A stretch of 63,902 nt of DNA, filler included, from Octopus bimaculoides (taxonomy: Eukaryota): assembly GCF_001194135.2 (NCBI RefSeq). It is 4 parts of 4 records of this genome, joined end to end, with 100 filler letters (N's around TTAATTAATTAA, not from the genome) between each part and the next. Parts side by side here need not be neighbours in the genome. Positions count along the whole stretch, not along the records: positions 1 to 25,191 come from NC_068995.1; positions 25,292 to 49,326 come from NC_068989.1; 2 more parts are not named here. One strand, given 5' to 3'. Below, in pieces: positions 23,804 to 36,339 of this stretch. The notes under the pieces are model-generated. The model saw only the letters and a list, made by a program, of their open reading frames with translations. It searched no databases and was not told where the DNA came from. The position numbers were made by a program, and so were the translations under genes. How positions within the stretch are numbered: position 1 is the stretch's first letter; every line of letters begins with the position of its first letter.

Positions 23804-25291
23804 GTGAGTATCTTCAATAGCTAGTTCAAGTGTTAAATGCAATGTTTATAATTGATTGAGAACATCATCTAACGTCTCTAGTATCCTTTGATGGATTGTA
23901 TGTAATTGAATTCTGGCAATGAATGCATCACAAGTTAATTCAGTGTCACTGAATGACAATGTTTGACATTTTTTGGACATTATGCAAAATATTTTGCAAA
24001 GTTGCAAAAAGTTTTAAGACTTGATTGATTCATTTCCCTGTTCCTTGAGTATTTTTACCTTGTGTCTCATCATTATGGGGAAACCTTTCAGAAACATTGC
24101 ATCAAATTTTGACAACTGCTTCAAAGATTGTCGCTTCCTCCACTTGTGAAAGTGCTTTGATATACATAATACAAGTTCACCACAAATTCTGAGTCATCTG
24201 TGCTTTCAGTGATGTGGATGTAGATATTTAATATTTGCTTCTAACTCATGTACACCTTCTCTATTGGGTCCTCTTGCAAGTTTTTCCTGAATAGTTTTGT
24301 GCCTATAATGATTAAGTGAAATTGTTGTGTATGGAGAACAGATTTAAACACTTTATTTAAACTATAGCAAGAAACAAAACTTGTTGGCTTGCATAATCAT
24401 GCAATTTCGAAATAATTACGGATAGTGAAACACTTGGCAGTTTGGTTATTGGCAGACTGGTGCATAGGCATTGATGGATTTTTCCTCCAAAGTTGAAATC
24501 ATTTTATTTTTATTAAAATTAATGTGAACATATGTTAGTTCTCTTGTGTATAAATAGTAAAAATAAACTCATTACGGGTAAATTATACGAATAAAATAAT
24601 CTCTGTTATATTTTGTAATAATGTGAATACCTGTTGTAATATTTTCTGAATTTCGTAGAACTAGTCATTTCAACAATGTCATAGTTTTGGAATTCTAACT
24701 CCAAAGATCACAGAAAATCTAATTATTGCACCTAATTTGTGCCTCTTAACCACATGCCATATTGTTATTCCTTTGTTTGAAATATATATTTTGGGCAGTG
24801 GTTTGCGAATAACTATTAATCGCACATAATGCTGTTTCACATCCTCTCTCTCTCTCTCTCTCCCCCCTCTCTCTCTATATATATGTGTCTTGCAAACAAC
24901 TTGCACATGCAAGTGCTACCAGTCAAGAATTCCGCATACCGGAAGCCAGCAAGTGTATGGGGTCATCAGGAGAGAATGCGCGCCGTTTCGGGGCCTACCT
25001 CTCGACGGCATCAATGCGCACCGGCCCCCCTCACTGATATGAGGCCCCGCTTGCTAGATCAACTGATTATTAAACAAAGCTCAATATTTCTCTAGCCATC
25101 GCTCATCGTCTCTTTTTAACCAAATCCAGTGGCTAGCCTTCTCCACTGTAGTTTGGATATCGGTAATGGTGGTATTTACCTTCCGATGAGTNNNNNNNNN
25201 NNNNNNNNNNNNNNNNNNNNNNNNNNNNNNNNNNNTTAATTAATTAANNNNNNNNNNNNNNNNNNNNNNNNNNNNNNNNNNNNNNNNNNNN

Positions 25292-25347
<56 letters not shown>

Positions 25348-26497
25348 GGGTGGGTGTGTATGTGTGTGTATACCATTCATAATAGGATTGGTGTATTAGA
25401 ATTCATAATAATTACTAATGGTTAATCATTAAGAATATTGATAGCAGTTTTAGCTACGTCTCTGACGCAAGAGTAAGTAGAGATGGATGCAATAAGAGCA
25501 ATAGTGATGATGATTGTGATGATACTAAAGATATGATAGACATGTGAATGAGAAGATAATGTCGGATTATAAGATTCACTCATATAACTAGGGCTGCATA
25601 CGCCTGACAGATAAAGCATAGCAAGTTTCCGTATAGACAACGTTTGTGTATTAAACTTAGCTATTTTACTATTTGTTAATTTATTGCTATAATATACACT
25701 TGCAATGAAATACAGGTCTCTCTTTGTAATGTTGGTTAATGTTGAAGATATTTGCAAGGCTTTCCTTTACTAGTTTCCTTGTGGTATACAATGTGTTTTT
25801 ATATGTAGAATGAATATTGTTTATATGGGGTGTAATAAACCTGTGTGTAATAAACCCGCAGTATGTATATGATATATTAGCTATCTACTATCCTGCGTCA
25901 TATAATCGTCTATAATGTAGGTTGCTCTTGGAAATGTTATGCTTGTACAATGTTATTTTCTTAGATTTCTAATTTTAAGTTCTCTGTTTACAAAGAGAAC
26001 TTGTAGTCATTCATCAGCCAATAACGTCCACTTCAGGGCGGAGTATACACTTGAATCTTTTAAACACCAGTGGCATTATAATGTAGTCGTGTTCATCTTT
26101 CCTTTGTGTCCTGAATGGTCAAAGTTGTGAGATGCAACAACTTGATATATAACTACGTGATGTATAGCATATTCGTAGAGTTAATTAAGACTTTATGCAT
26201 ATCTCGTGTTTTCCCAGAGTTTAGCGTTAACGGGATAATTTTACCGATTTATACAGGTACCTCGAACTGTAGGTTTCACTTTTATTCTCTGTTCTATTAA
26301 CATTAGTCATATTTCAGGAGGATATGTTTTGTGTTTCATTAGGTTGGTATGTTCGTAGAAAAGATAGTTTAACTGTACTTATATTCAAGATATTAATGAA
26401 CTTACGCTAGACAGAACTCTCTAGTAGGGAGGAGAATATTTTAACTTTGATGTAGTAACTTGCTTCTCTTCAAGTGGCGTGTAACAATTTACTCATG

Positions 26498-26542
<45 letters not shown>

Positions 26543-26891
26543 NNNNNNNNNNNNNNNNNNNNNNNNNNNNNNNNNNNNNNNNNNNNNNNNNNNNNNNNNN
26601 NNNNNNNNNNNNNNNNNNNNNNNNNNNNNNNNNNNNNNNNNNNNNNNNNNNNNNNNNNNNNNNNNNNNNNNNNNNNNNNNNNNNNNNNNNNNNNNNNNNN
26701 NNNNNNNNNNNNNNNNNNNNNNNNNNNNNNNNNNNNNNNNNNNNNNNNNNNNNNNNNNNNNNNNNNNNNNNNNNNNNNNNNNNNNNNNNNNNNNNNNNNN
26801 NNNNNNNNNNNNNNNNNNNNNNNNNNNNNNNNNNNNNNNNNNNNNNNNNTATATGCATACATATATATGTATATGTATATATATGCACATA

Positions 26892-26938
<47 letters not shown>

Positions 26939-26986
26939 GTAAATATATGTCTAGAAATATGCTTATATATATATGCATATATATGC

Positions 26987-27017
<31 letters not shown>

Positions 27018-27842
27018 TATAGGGGTGTTGGGGTGTATCTTATTTCGCCCAGGCTTAGCAATAATAATAACCTGATGCTAGAACTCAAAATACATATGCA
27101 TTAACACAAACGCACCGTCGAATACAGAGTAATAAAAAGGAATTAAAATGATAAGAAACAAAATAAATTATGCCACGAACGTCATAGTTGACTATTTCAC
27201 TTGTCTCTTAGCTATTACTTTGCTGTTGGGGCCGCAATAAACACTACATTCATTCATTCCAACCCAGAACACAGCCAACTATCAAAAAAAATCTGTCCCG
27301 TCAATATGCAGATCTTAAATAGTAGTAGTATTAATGGCTTCAATTTCACGAGCATCGGAGATATCATAGGGAACATCAATGCAGGACATCTCTCCAGTTA
27401 AAATAAATAAAGGAAATAGCATTTGCAGTGTTCAATATATCTAGCTCTGTAAGTCGCGCTCAACCAACAGTCTACGTTGAATTGTATATCGGTCATATAT
27501 ATAGTCTACATGCCAACAGAGGAAAGCAGATACTACTGAAATGAATTCACCATGTTTTATCAATTCAAATTTAATGTGAGGAAAGCGTTTTTGCTGCTAA
27601 TTGACTCTGCAACGGTCTATTACTAACAATTGAAAACTGAAAATAGTTGCTGTAGCTTCCAACATTGATAATTTCGAACTCTATTAATATGACGTATTTT
27701 TAGACTCCATTAATAAATCGTATTATTCGATTTGAAGATTAGGAACTTCATTTCGTTAGGTTTAATCTATTCCAAGTTATTATTTTTCTCCATCTATTTA
27801 CTCTTTGCTACTTCATTTGTTGGTGTATACATACATACGTAC

Positions 27843-27919
<77 letters not shown>

Positions 27920-28250
27920 NNNNNNNNNNNNNNNNNNNNNNNNNNNNNNNNNNNNNNNNNNNNNNNNNNNNNNNNNNNNNNNNNNNNNNNNNNNNNNNNN
28001 NNNNNNNNNNNNNNNNNNNNNNNNNNNNNNNNNNNNNNNNNNNNNNNNNNNNNNNNNNNNNNNNNNNNNNNNNNNNNNNNNNNNNNNNNNNNNNNNNNNN
28101 NNNNNNNNNNNNNNNNNNNNNNNNNNNNNNNNNNNNNNNNNNNNNNNNNNNNNNNNNNNNNNNNNNNNNNNNNNNNNNNNNNNNNNNNNNNNNNNNNNNN
28201 NNNNNNNNNNNNNNNNNNNNNNNNNNNNNNNNNNNNNNNNNNNNNNNNNN

Positions 28251-28298
<48 letters not shown>

Positions 28299-28526
28299 GC
28301 ACACATATAAGTGAATACAAGCACAAACGCAAACATAGATATATTTGTGCAATTGTGTACGTGTATTTACATATATTTGTTACTGATGTAACAGTTAAAG
28401 TTTATTAAATATATGAGAAACGTAAAGGAATTACAAAATGAGAAAGACAATATATAATTGTATGAATGTATATGTGTGTAAGTACGGTTATATATGTGTT
28501 TGTGTGTTATATGCCTATATATGTAC

Positions 28527-28575
<49 letters not shown>

Positions 28576-29342
28576 TCATTATATCTATATATATACATAC
28601 ATTTCTGCGGTTTGGAAGATTGCTCGCCTTCTGTGTGTGTATGTGTGCCTGTGTGTGTTTGTCTTAAATAAATACTAAAATATCTAGGAATATAAATACC
28701 CAGATACATAAAAAGACGCAAGACAGCAAACGCGGTAAACAATTTATGTAGTATGAGCCAAGATTTATTTTACTCTTTCACTGATTTTATTCATTGGACA
28801 TCAACAATTTTAAAACACTGCGTGGAACGTTTTAAGTGGATCCGATCTACTCCAGAACGTAGTTTGATTTGTACGTCTCTTCTACCATTGTATCTCTATT
28901 TCGTCTGGTAGCTCAGTGAACATATATGATATGAAAAACGTGTTTATATACATACATACATGCATACATACATACATACGTTTATGTGTGTACATGCGTG
29001 TATGCTTGTGTATGTCTGCGTGTGTGTGTGTTCATTCATTTTAGTTTATATTCGACTACCCACCTTCCAGGTGAAAAGGTTATTTAGAAAAGGAAATGGC
29101 CATTGTCTCTTGTATAAGTGTTCATCCATTGAATCTTAAGAACATGTTACAGATTTTGAAGGTAAGACCTTTAAGATATTGCTGCAATCTGTAGCTTAAG
29201 AATGAAGAAGCTACGTTCATTTTCCACAAATGCAAGTTCAGTTATACTTTGGTAAATGTGGGTTGGTATATAATCTATAAATACCCCCCCCCCAAAAAAA
29301 AAAGAAAACCGGATATCCTGGATACTAGGTTTGAAAATTGTA

Positions 29343-29382
<40 letters not shown>

Positions 29383-30039
29383 TGTATGTGTGTGTGTGTG
29401 TAATTATTTTTCTGTGTTGAGTGACGGTAGCGTTTGGGTGCGTTTTAGGGCTTGCATATGAATGTGTATGTGTGTGCCTGTGTGAGTGTATGTGTATGTG
29501 TGTGTGTCCTGGGGCGCGCGCGTGTGAGTGTGTGTGTGTGTGTATTTGTGAATCCATATAAATTAGAACAANNNNNNNNNNNNNNNNNNNNNNNNNNNNN
29601 NNNNNNNNNNNNNNNNNNNNNNNNNNNNNNNNNNNNNNNNNNNNNNNNNNNNNNNNNNNNNNNNNNNNNNNNNNNNNNNNNNNNNNNNNNNNNNNNNNNN
29701 NNNNNNNNNNNNNNNNNNNNNNNNNNNNNNNNNNNNNNNNNNNNNNNNNNNNNNNNNNNNNNNNNNNNNNNNNNNNNNNNNNNNNNNNNNNNNNNNNNNN
29801 NNNNNNNNNNNNNNNNNNNNNNNNNNNNNNNNNNNNNNNNNNNNNNNNNNNNNNNNNNNNNNNNNNNNNNNNNNNNNNNNNNNNNNNNNNNNNNNNNNNN
29901 NNNNNNNNNNNNNNNNNNNNNNNNNNNNNNNNNNNNNNNNNNNNNNNNNNNNNNNNNNNNNNNNNNNNNNNNNNNNNNNNNNNNNNNNNNNNNNNNNNNN
30001 NNNNNNNNNNNNNNNNATATATATATATATATATATACG

Positions 30040-30188
30040 ACGGGCTTCTTTCAGTTTCCATCTACCAAATCCACTCACATGGCTTTGGTCGGCCCGAGGC
30101 TATAGTAGAAGACACTTGCCCGTGGGACTGAACCCAGAACCATGTGGTTGGTAGGCAAGCTACTTACCACACAGTCACTCTTACGCCT
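30040..30188 (-). mobile_element. tRNA-derived SINE (family with GGCAAGTGTCTTCTACTATAGCC body)
   Basis: Minus strand: TGTGTGGTAAGTAGC...GGTTCAGTCCC...GGCAAGTGTCTTC...GGATTTGGTAGA, ending at (TA)n. Confidence 0.8.
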
Positions 30189-30869
30189 TATTAACATACA
30201 AAATAAAAAAAAAAAACTAAAGTATCTAAGATTGTATATCTAATCCCTCAGGACGTTTGATCTACAACAAATACAGATTTATCGAGTCATTCCAGCCAAT
30301 TTTACTATTACCTTTCGAAGCAACGTTAGTTTATTGTCTACTGCTATAAAATGTTGAGCGACTGGGCATAAAGCATTATATTTTAGATATTTCCGCATCT
30401 TAATAAGTGATGGAGATACAAAGAATTACGGTGTAGCCCTGCTGTTTTCATATGTTTTAACATTGATTCACCACCCGAACCTCCCGTTTCTACACATATT
30501 CTGATGATTCTACGAATTAAACTATTTCAGCAACAAAGATTTAGAATATCAAATAAATTAAAACTCTATTTGCAATTACTTAAACATGTGCTGGAATTGA
30601 ACGTGGTATGTGTGGAACGCGATATATGCTGAATTTCATTAGTGCCATTTAGACAGGTAAATTATGAACTATTCTCCGGATAATGAAAGTTTTATCAAAA
30701 AGTGTTAGAAATCACACTTCCATACATGTATTGAATAAGAAAATTAAAATACGTACATACATACAAACATGCATGCATATATTTGTACATATAAATAGAT
30801 ACATGCATGTACATTACTATATATATACATTTTCGGAAAAACATCTCAAAAATAATACCTTCACTGGAC

Positions 30870-31140
30870 TTACATGTATTATCTGATAAAACCAGAAATA
30901 TTTACTCTGTGCCGTTGGATATCTATAATGACTTAATGCTTAAGGAATTAAATACCAGTTACAAATATGCAGAAAATACCGCATTGGACGATTTTAACAC
31001 AATCCATTATAATCTTCTCTCAAACTTGGAGCTACTGGACAGAACACAATCACACATACCGAAAACCCCTCACTGCATCTTAAGGGACCACAATCTAAAT
31101 TTCCAATCTAAACCTTCTATTAGGCTTCTATTAGGTATGA
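30870..31140 (+). mobile_element. Penelope-like element RT N-terminal fragment
   Basis: SDKTRNIYSV...LELLDR...HCILRDHNLNFQSKPSIRLL resembles the ADKT...LKDHK.NF...P.CRLI region of Penelope RTs. Confidence 0.65.
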
Positions 31141-31224
31141 TAAATTTATTTCGCCTTGTCGTGAATTAAGAAAAACCTGGTTTCAGAGAAATGTTTAATT
31201 TTTAACTATCCAAAAGGTAGGCTG

Positions 31225-32810
31225 GTCGTCTAGACTTGACGTCTAGCAATGGTAAGACGATCAGGCTGGTAACAGTTTATGCATCATCTTAAGGTGATTA
31301 AAGTAAACATGAGTATTTTCGGGGCCTGGAGAAATTCCTGGGTACGTCACACTCATTAGTATTGATAGGAGACTATAACACAATCTGCGATGCACGCGTA
31401 GATTGTGTTGGCTCAAACAAAGATAGGAGAGATAAGTCTTGCCTCCTGAATATGCTAAGTCGCTATTCTTACAGACTGGATTCTCACAGGCTGGAATTCT
31501 CAAACGTTCCACTATGGACATGGTCAAATAGCGGCGGTTCTTCCAGAATTTACTTAGATAAGATGTTCATTAGGATTAAAGATATACATCTAGTTAAGTG
31601 TCCACAGTTTCATGTGGTCAGCTATAGTGATCACAAGCTTGTATCCTGTAAGCTCGACATAGATAGGTTACATAGGCAAGGTCCCGGCCACTGGAAACAC
31701 AACACGTCCCTTTTGGTGAATGAGGAGTAAAGGAGCCTCGAAACGTTCCGCTTGGGTCTGGAATTCCGTAGCTGGATCATCGCCATGTATAGGAACATCG
31801 ACTCGATCGCTCGGGCGAACGGTTTCCTCTCAAAGCCGTTCTACATCAAACGCTCATTCGCCAAGGGTATCCATTCTCTCCACTTCGTATGTATTGTCTC
31901 TTGAGCCATTACTGCGAAAGCTAGAGGCACTGATACCTCTTAACAGTGTCGTGGGATGTTGGACGGAGGGTCCGAGTAAACTGCTGGGGGGTCTGGTTTG
32001 GACCAGATCTCCAGATAGAGACGTATTGGAACGAGGTATGAAGCAGAGTGACCCACCTAACCCAGACCTAGTCTGGGCGGTGGCTATCCCTGAAAGGGAG
32101 GCAGAAGTTGCCAATGTGTTTATGGTGATTATTTACCGCCTAACAGTCGTGCCCTGTCCTGATGCATGGCTGACCAAGTCGAAATGAATGCTCTTTTGCT
32201 TTTTGTGCAAAGGCTAAGGACTACTTTTCAGGCGCTCTACATACTGCCAACAACCGTTAAAGGGTGGGTTATGGATGCCGTGGCTGATGATGCGCAGACA
32301 TGCACTGAGGCTGAGGTAGAGGCATCTGTGCCTCTACCTGGATGTTGAACGGATGTGGTCCCCGCTCACTAAATTGACGTTTCCCAAGTTCATACGTTTT
32401 TGTGGGCTGGAATCCTAGGTCTATCGTAGATCTATGTTAGGCACTCGGTACACTGAGTGCCGAAAGGCTCTTGTACTTTTCTATCGCTCGAGATAAGTCA
32501 GCGGTGGTGGAACAACTGTATCATTCTATAGAGGGTTAGTTGATGATACCTTAGGGAAGACCCTAGGTATCGACAATGATTATTTCACCAGCCCGTTCTG
32601 ATGAATACTCGGAGCCAGGTCCCTGGATAATTTCCAGAAATCCCTGGCCTGGAACTGTTATTGAGGCGCCTTACCTGTCCGGGAGAATCTCGCAAGGCAT
32701 GGTGGCCTCGCTTCACCGACTCCCTCAAGATGCGTGCACGGTAGGGATACCGTCCTGCATGCGATTGTGCAATGTTCGAGGATGTGTGTGCTTGTGTACT
32801 GAATTATGAG
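31225..32810 (+). mobile_element. Internally deleted Tx1/L1-type ORF2 (APE fused to RT pieces and C-terminal Zn finger)
   Basis: GDYN...WTW...YLDK...SDHKLV (31362-31730), YVLSLEPLLRKLE, then downstream TVLHAIVQC; homologous to 7.8-10.1 kb. Confidence 0.82.
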
Positions 32811-33616
32811 ATGTATTGAAACTTTCAAATTTGATGATGAATGATGGATAGACAAATTTATGATCAGTCTGTAGCCGTTTACCATGAACAGACAGTCTGC
32901 TATAAATTAATAACGATATTGTGACAATTGCAGATAGTTAGGGATTTGAAAGAGTCATAGACAATGATGTATTGCTAATGTTCCTTAGAGAAAGCTTATC
33001 TAAGTACACGAGCAAGATTTAAATATAGTAAATATTGAGATTCAACCGACTCCACTCATTTTGATGGAAAATCATTGTTAAAGTGGCGACACTTATTGAA
33101 GACGGTCTTCAAGATATTACTGACAGCGATGCTAACCGTGTACGTAACATAAATATTACAAGACTTTACATTTAACACAATTCCTATCAATAAACTGTAA
33201 AAAGGATAATCCGCCATAAACATAAACAATTTTGTGTTAGTTCGTCGCCCTTCAAACAAATGTTGATGATGTTGGTGAACTATAAGATTGAAAGAGTTAT
33301 TCATCCTTCCTCTAATTGTCGTTCCTTCGCGACCTCTCACACAGTAGTTACATCGTTTGTGGTACGAACGTAATCTTGCACGATATTGTGTTGTTTAATT
33401 CCTAAAATATTTTCTCTTCAAATTCTTTATGAATACATACAGTTTGCTCTTTTCATGCATAAAGGTGGTTATGTAGTTTGTGATTTTTTTTCTCGAAATA
33501 TATCTGCCGAAGTGTATTCTCTGTACGATTACAAACGAGAAAAACATTCGCGTTGCAGGAATTCAAAATACAACAATATTTTCCTTTGTGCATTGTTTCC
33601 CAAACGAGAGTAGTCC

Positions 33617-33682
33617 TATGTATGTATGTATGTATGTATGTATGTATGTATGTATGTATGTATGTATGTATGTGTCTATCTG

Positions 33683-33722
<40 letters not shown>

Positions 33723-33780
33723 GTCTATCTATCTACCTCTCTATGTGTATCTATCTACCTACCTACCTACATATATACAT
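33617..33780. repeat. Compound (TATG)n/(TATC)n microsatellite
   Basis: Direct reading. Confidence 0.95.
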
Positions 33781-34466
33781 ACATCCTTGCATACTTACTA
33801 TTTTGATGCAAACATACATACGCCGATATATAGGGATACTATGTGCATATGCGTTTCTGAATATATTATATTTGTATTCTAACTTCTTGCGTAATCTAAA
33901 AACAGATAATTCTCACTCAAATTACACATTAAGCAACAGGAAATTGATTATATTAGTAAGACTTTTGAATATATCTCTGTAAATAGTGGAGAAAATAGTC
34001 GATTAAATGTCATATAATGAAAAATCATATACAGATATTTACATATATACACGCATACACACAACTTCAAAATTACACAGACACAAAAGAGTGGGAGATT
34101 TCAATTAAATCACTTATGTATATATTCACACATGTATCAACGTAACACTGCCAATATCACCATCATCACCACTATTACAACCACTAAACAATATTGTAAT
34201 GAAGTGATGAGACAATAAACATAAGCATTATAGTCACTGCAAAACTTCGACTACTGACAGAAGAAATTATGCTAAGACATTTTAGTAACAATGCAGCTAG
34301 CACAAAATCATTTTCTTGTTTTAACGTATCATCCTTTAATTGAATATTTTGTGTTACAAACACCGGGGCTAGGCCCCTAAACGTTTCATGCATACTGTGC
34401 TTGCACTCCCGGTTATATGATTGTGTATGATCATGTGTTTGTATGTATGAATGAACATATGCTTCA

Positions 34467-34640
34467 GTACATACATACATACATACATACATACACACAC
34501 ATACATACATACATACATACACACATACATACGTACATACACACACATATATACATACATACATACATACACACACACATACATACATACCTACATACAT
34601 GCATGCATACATACATACATACATACATACATACATACTG
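34467..34640. repeat. (TACA)n microsatellite
   Basis: Direct reading. Confidence 0.95.
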
Positions 34641-34671
34641 ACGTACATACATACGTGCATACAAATAGACA

Positions 34672-35028
34672 CCAGAAATGCTTTTCCCCTCGCAGAAACT
34701 GCCGGAGATCCTCAGAGATTTTGAAAGCTCTTCTAAATGCATTGCAATACTGGAAACCCTTCCACATTATCAGCAGGTATCTGAGAGTCACAAGCATTTC
34801 GCAACTTACCCTGTACGCTTCAACTGAGTGGGGCAACCGAGATTGAGCTATTCTTCACCAACATAAGGGTTCCACTTGTGGGCTCTTAAAAACCATTGCC
34901 AGCTTCACCGAGCTGCAGCTGTCATACCAATTTCCTTGATGACTTTTTGCAGGTGTCCGGGTTCCAGACATATCTTGTGCAGGAAATAGCGCACTGATCA
35001 CGATGGAAATCCACCTCCACCCGTTGAC
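34672..35028 (-). mobile_element. REL-type LINE extreme C-terminus + 3' UTR (HERO/NeSL-like)
   Basis: Minus strand VEV..GFPS*SVRYFLHKICLEPGHLQKVIKEIG...WQWFLRA, resembling the VEVGCRGF...W.W C-terminus of REL elements. Confidence 0.5.
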
Positions 35029-35029
35029 T

Positions 35030-36000
35030 CTAGTCAGTTTCATGACGGCATGCAAACACGTGTGACATTGGGTGGTGATCAGTCTGACTACTTCAACGTT
35101 CAAGTCGGTGTTAAACAAGGCTGTGCCCTGGCCCCTATCCTCTTCAATGTGTTTCTTGTAGCTGTGACCTTACTATCTCACTACGACCTCATCCCCCGAA
35201 GATGGCATCCCAATTTGATATCGCCACGATGACAGTCTCTTCAACATGAGGAGACTAAAATCACTTACAAAAACTCAGTCCACCACTCTCTTCGAATTAC
35301 AACATGCCGATGACTGCAAAACTCTCTCCCACGAACCAGCCAGCCTTCAGCAGAATCTAGAGGTTGTGTGCAGCGCGTATCGTCGGGCTGGACTCCAGGT
35401 CAACACCAAGAAAACAGAGATCCTTCAACACTTCAAAAATGGTTCACCCCCTGTGACGTTTTCGATCCAAAACAACAAGCTACAAAACACCGAGAAATTC
35501 ACTTATTTGGGTAGCATCATCTCAAGCAATAGGGTCATTGACCACGAAATTCAGAAACGCATCCACCTTGCCTCCTCCGCTTTTGGACGTCTCAAGGATA
35601 GGGTCTCCCTTAATTGTGATCTGAATCGCTCCACAAAAATCGGGATTTATCGTGCTGTTGTGGTTTCCACACTTCTGTATGGCCAGAAACCTGGACACTT
35701 TATCGTCGTAATGTCAAACTCCTCGAATCCCTTCATGTCCGCTGTCTCCAGCGCATTCTTCATCTGACCTGGAAGGACACAATCTCACATACGGAGATCC
35801 TGAGACGAGCGAAATTAACCAGCGATGTAAGGATCATCTCAAGAAATCCCTGAAGCTCTGCAACATTCCCCCTAGTGAACTTGAAACATTGGCCACAGAC
35901 CGTACTACCTGGAGGGGTATGATCAAAACTGGTGCACAGCATTTTGAGGATGAGCGGACTAGACTTAGCGAAGATAAGCGGAGACAGGTCAAGGAACGTC
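35030..36000 (+). mobile_element. RTE-clade LINE reverse transcriptase fragment
   Basis: QFHDGMQTRV...GVKQGCALAPILFN...LQHADDC...GLQVNTKKT...FTYLGS...LLYG...DRTTWR; frameshifted. Confidence 0.9.
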
Positions 36001-36304
36001 NNNNNNNNNNNNNNNNNNNNNNNNNNNNNNNNNNNNNNNNNNNNNNNNNNNNNNNNNNNNNNNNNNNNNNNNNNNNNNNNNNNNNNNNNNNNNNNNNNNN
36101 NNNNNNNNNNNNNNNNNNNNNNNNNNNNNNNNNNNNNNNNNNNNNNNNNNNNNNNNNNNNNNNNNNNNNNNNNNNNNNNNNNNNNNNNNNNNNNNNNNNN
36201 NNNNNNNNNNNNNNNNNNNNNNNNNNNNNNNNNNNNNNNNNNNNNNNNNNNNNNNNNNNNNNNNNNNNNNNNNNNNNNNNNNNNNNNNNNNNNNTATATA
36301 TATG

Positions 36305-36339
<35 letters not shown>

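Noticed and set aside
24000-24360. Possible pogo/Tc5-like transposase relic on the minus strand
   Set aside because: Only vague similarity across frameshifts; no motif or TIR could be fixed by eye.
25236-25247. TTAATTAATTAA islands inside N-gaps (also 49371-49382 and 60582-60593)
   Set aside because: An identical 12-mer with stops in all six frames embedded in gaps is an artificial scaffold spacer, not biology.
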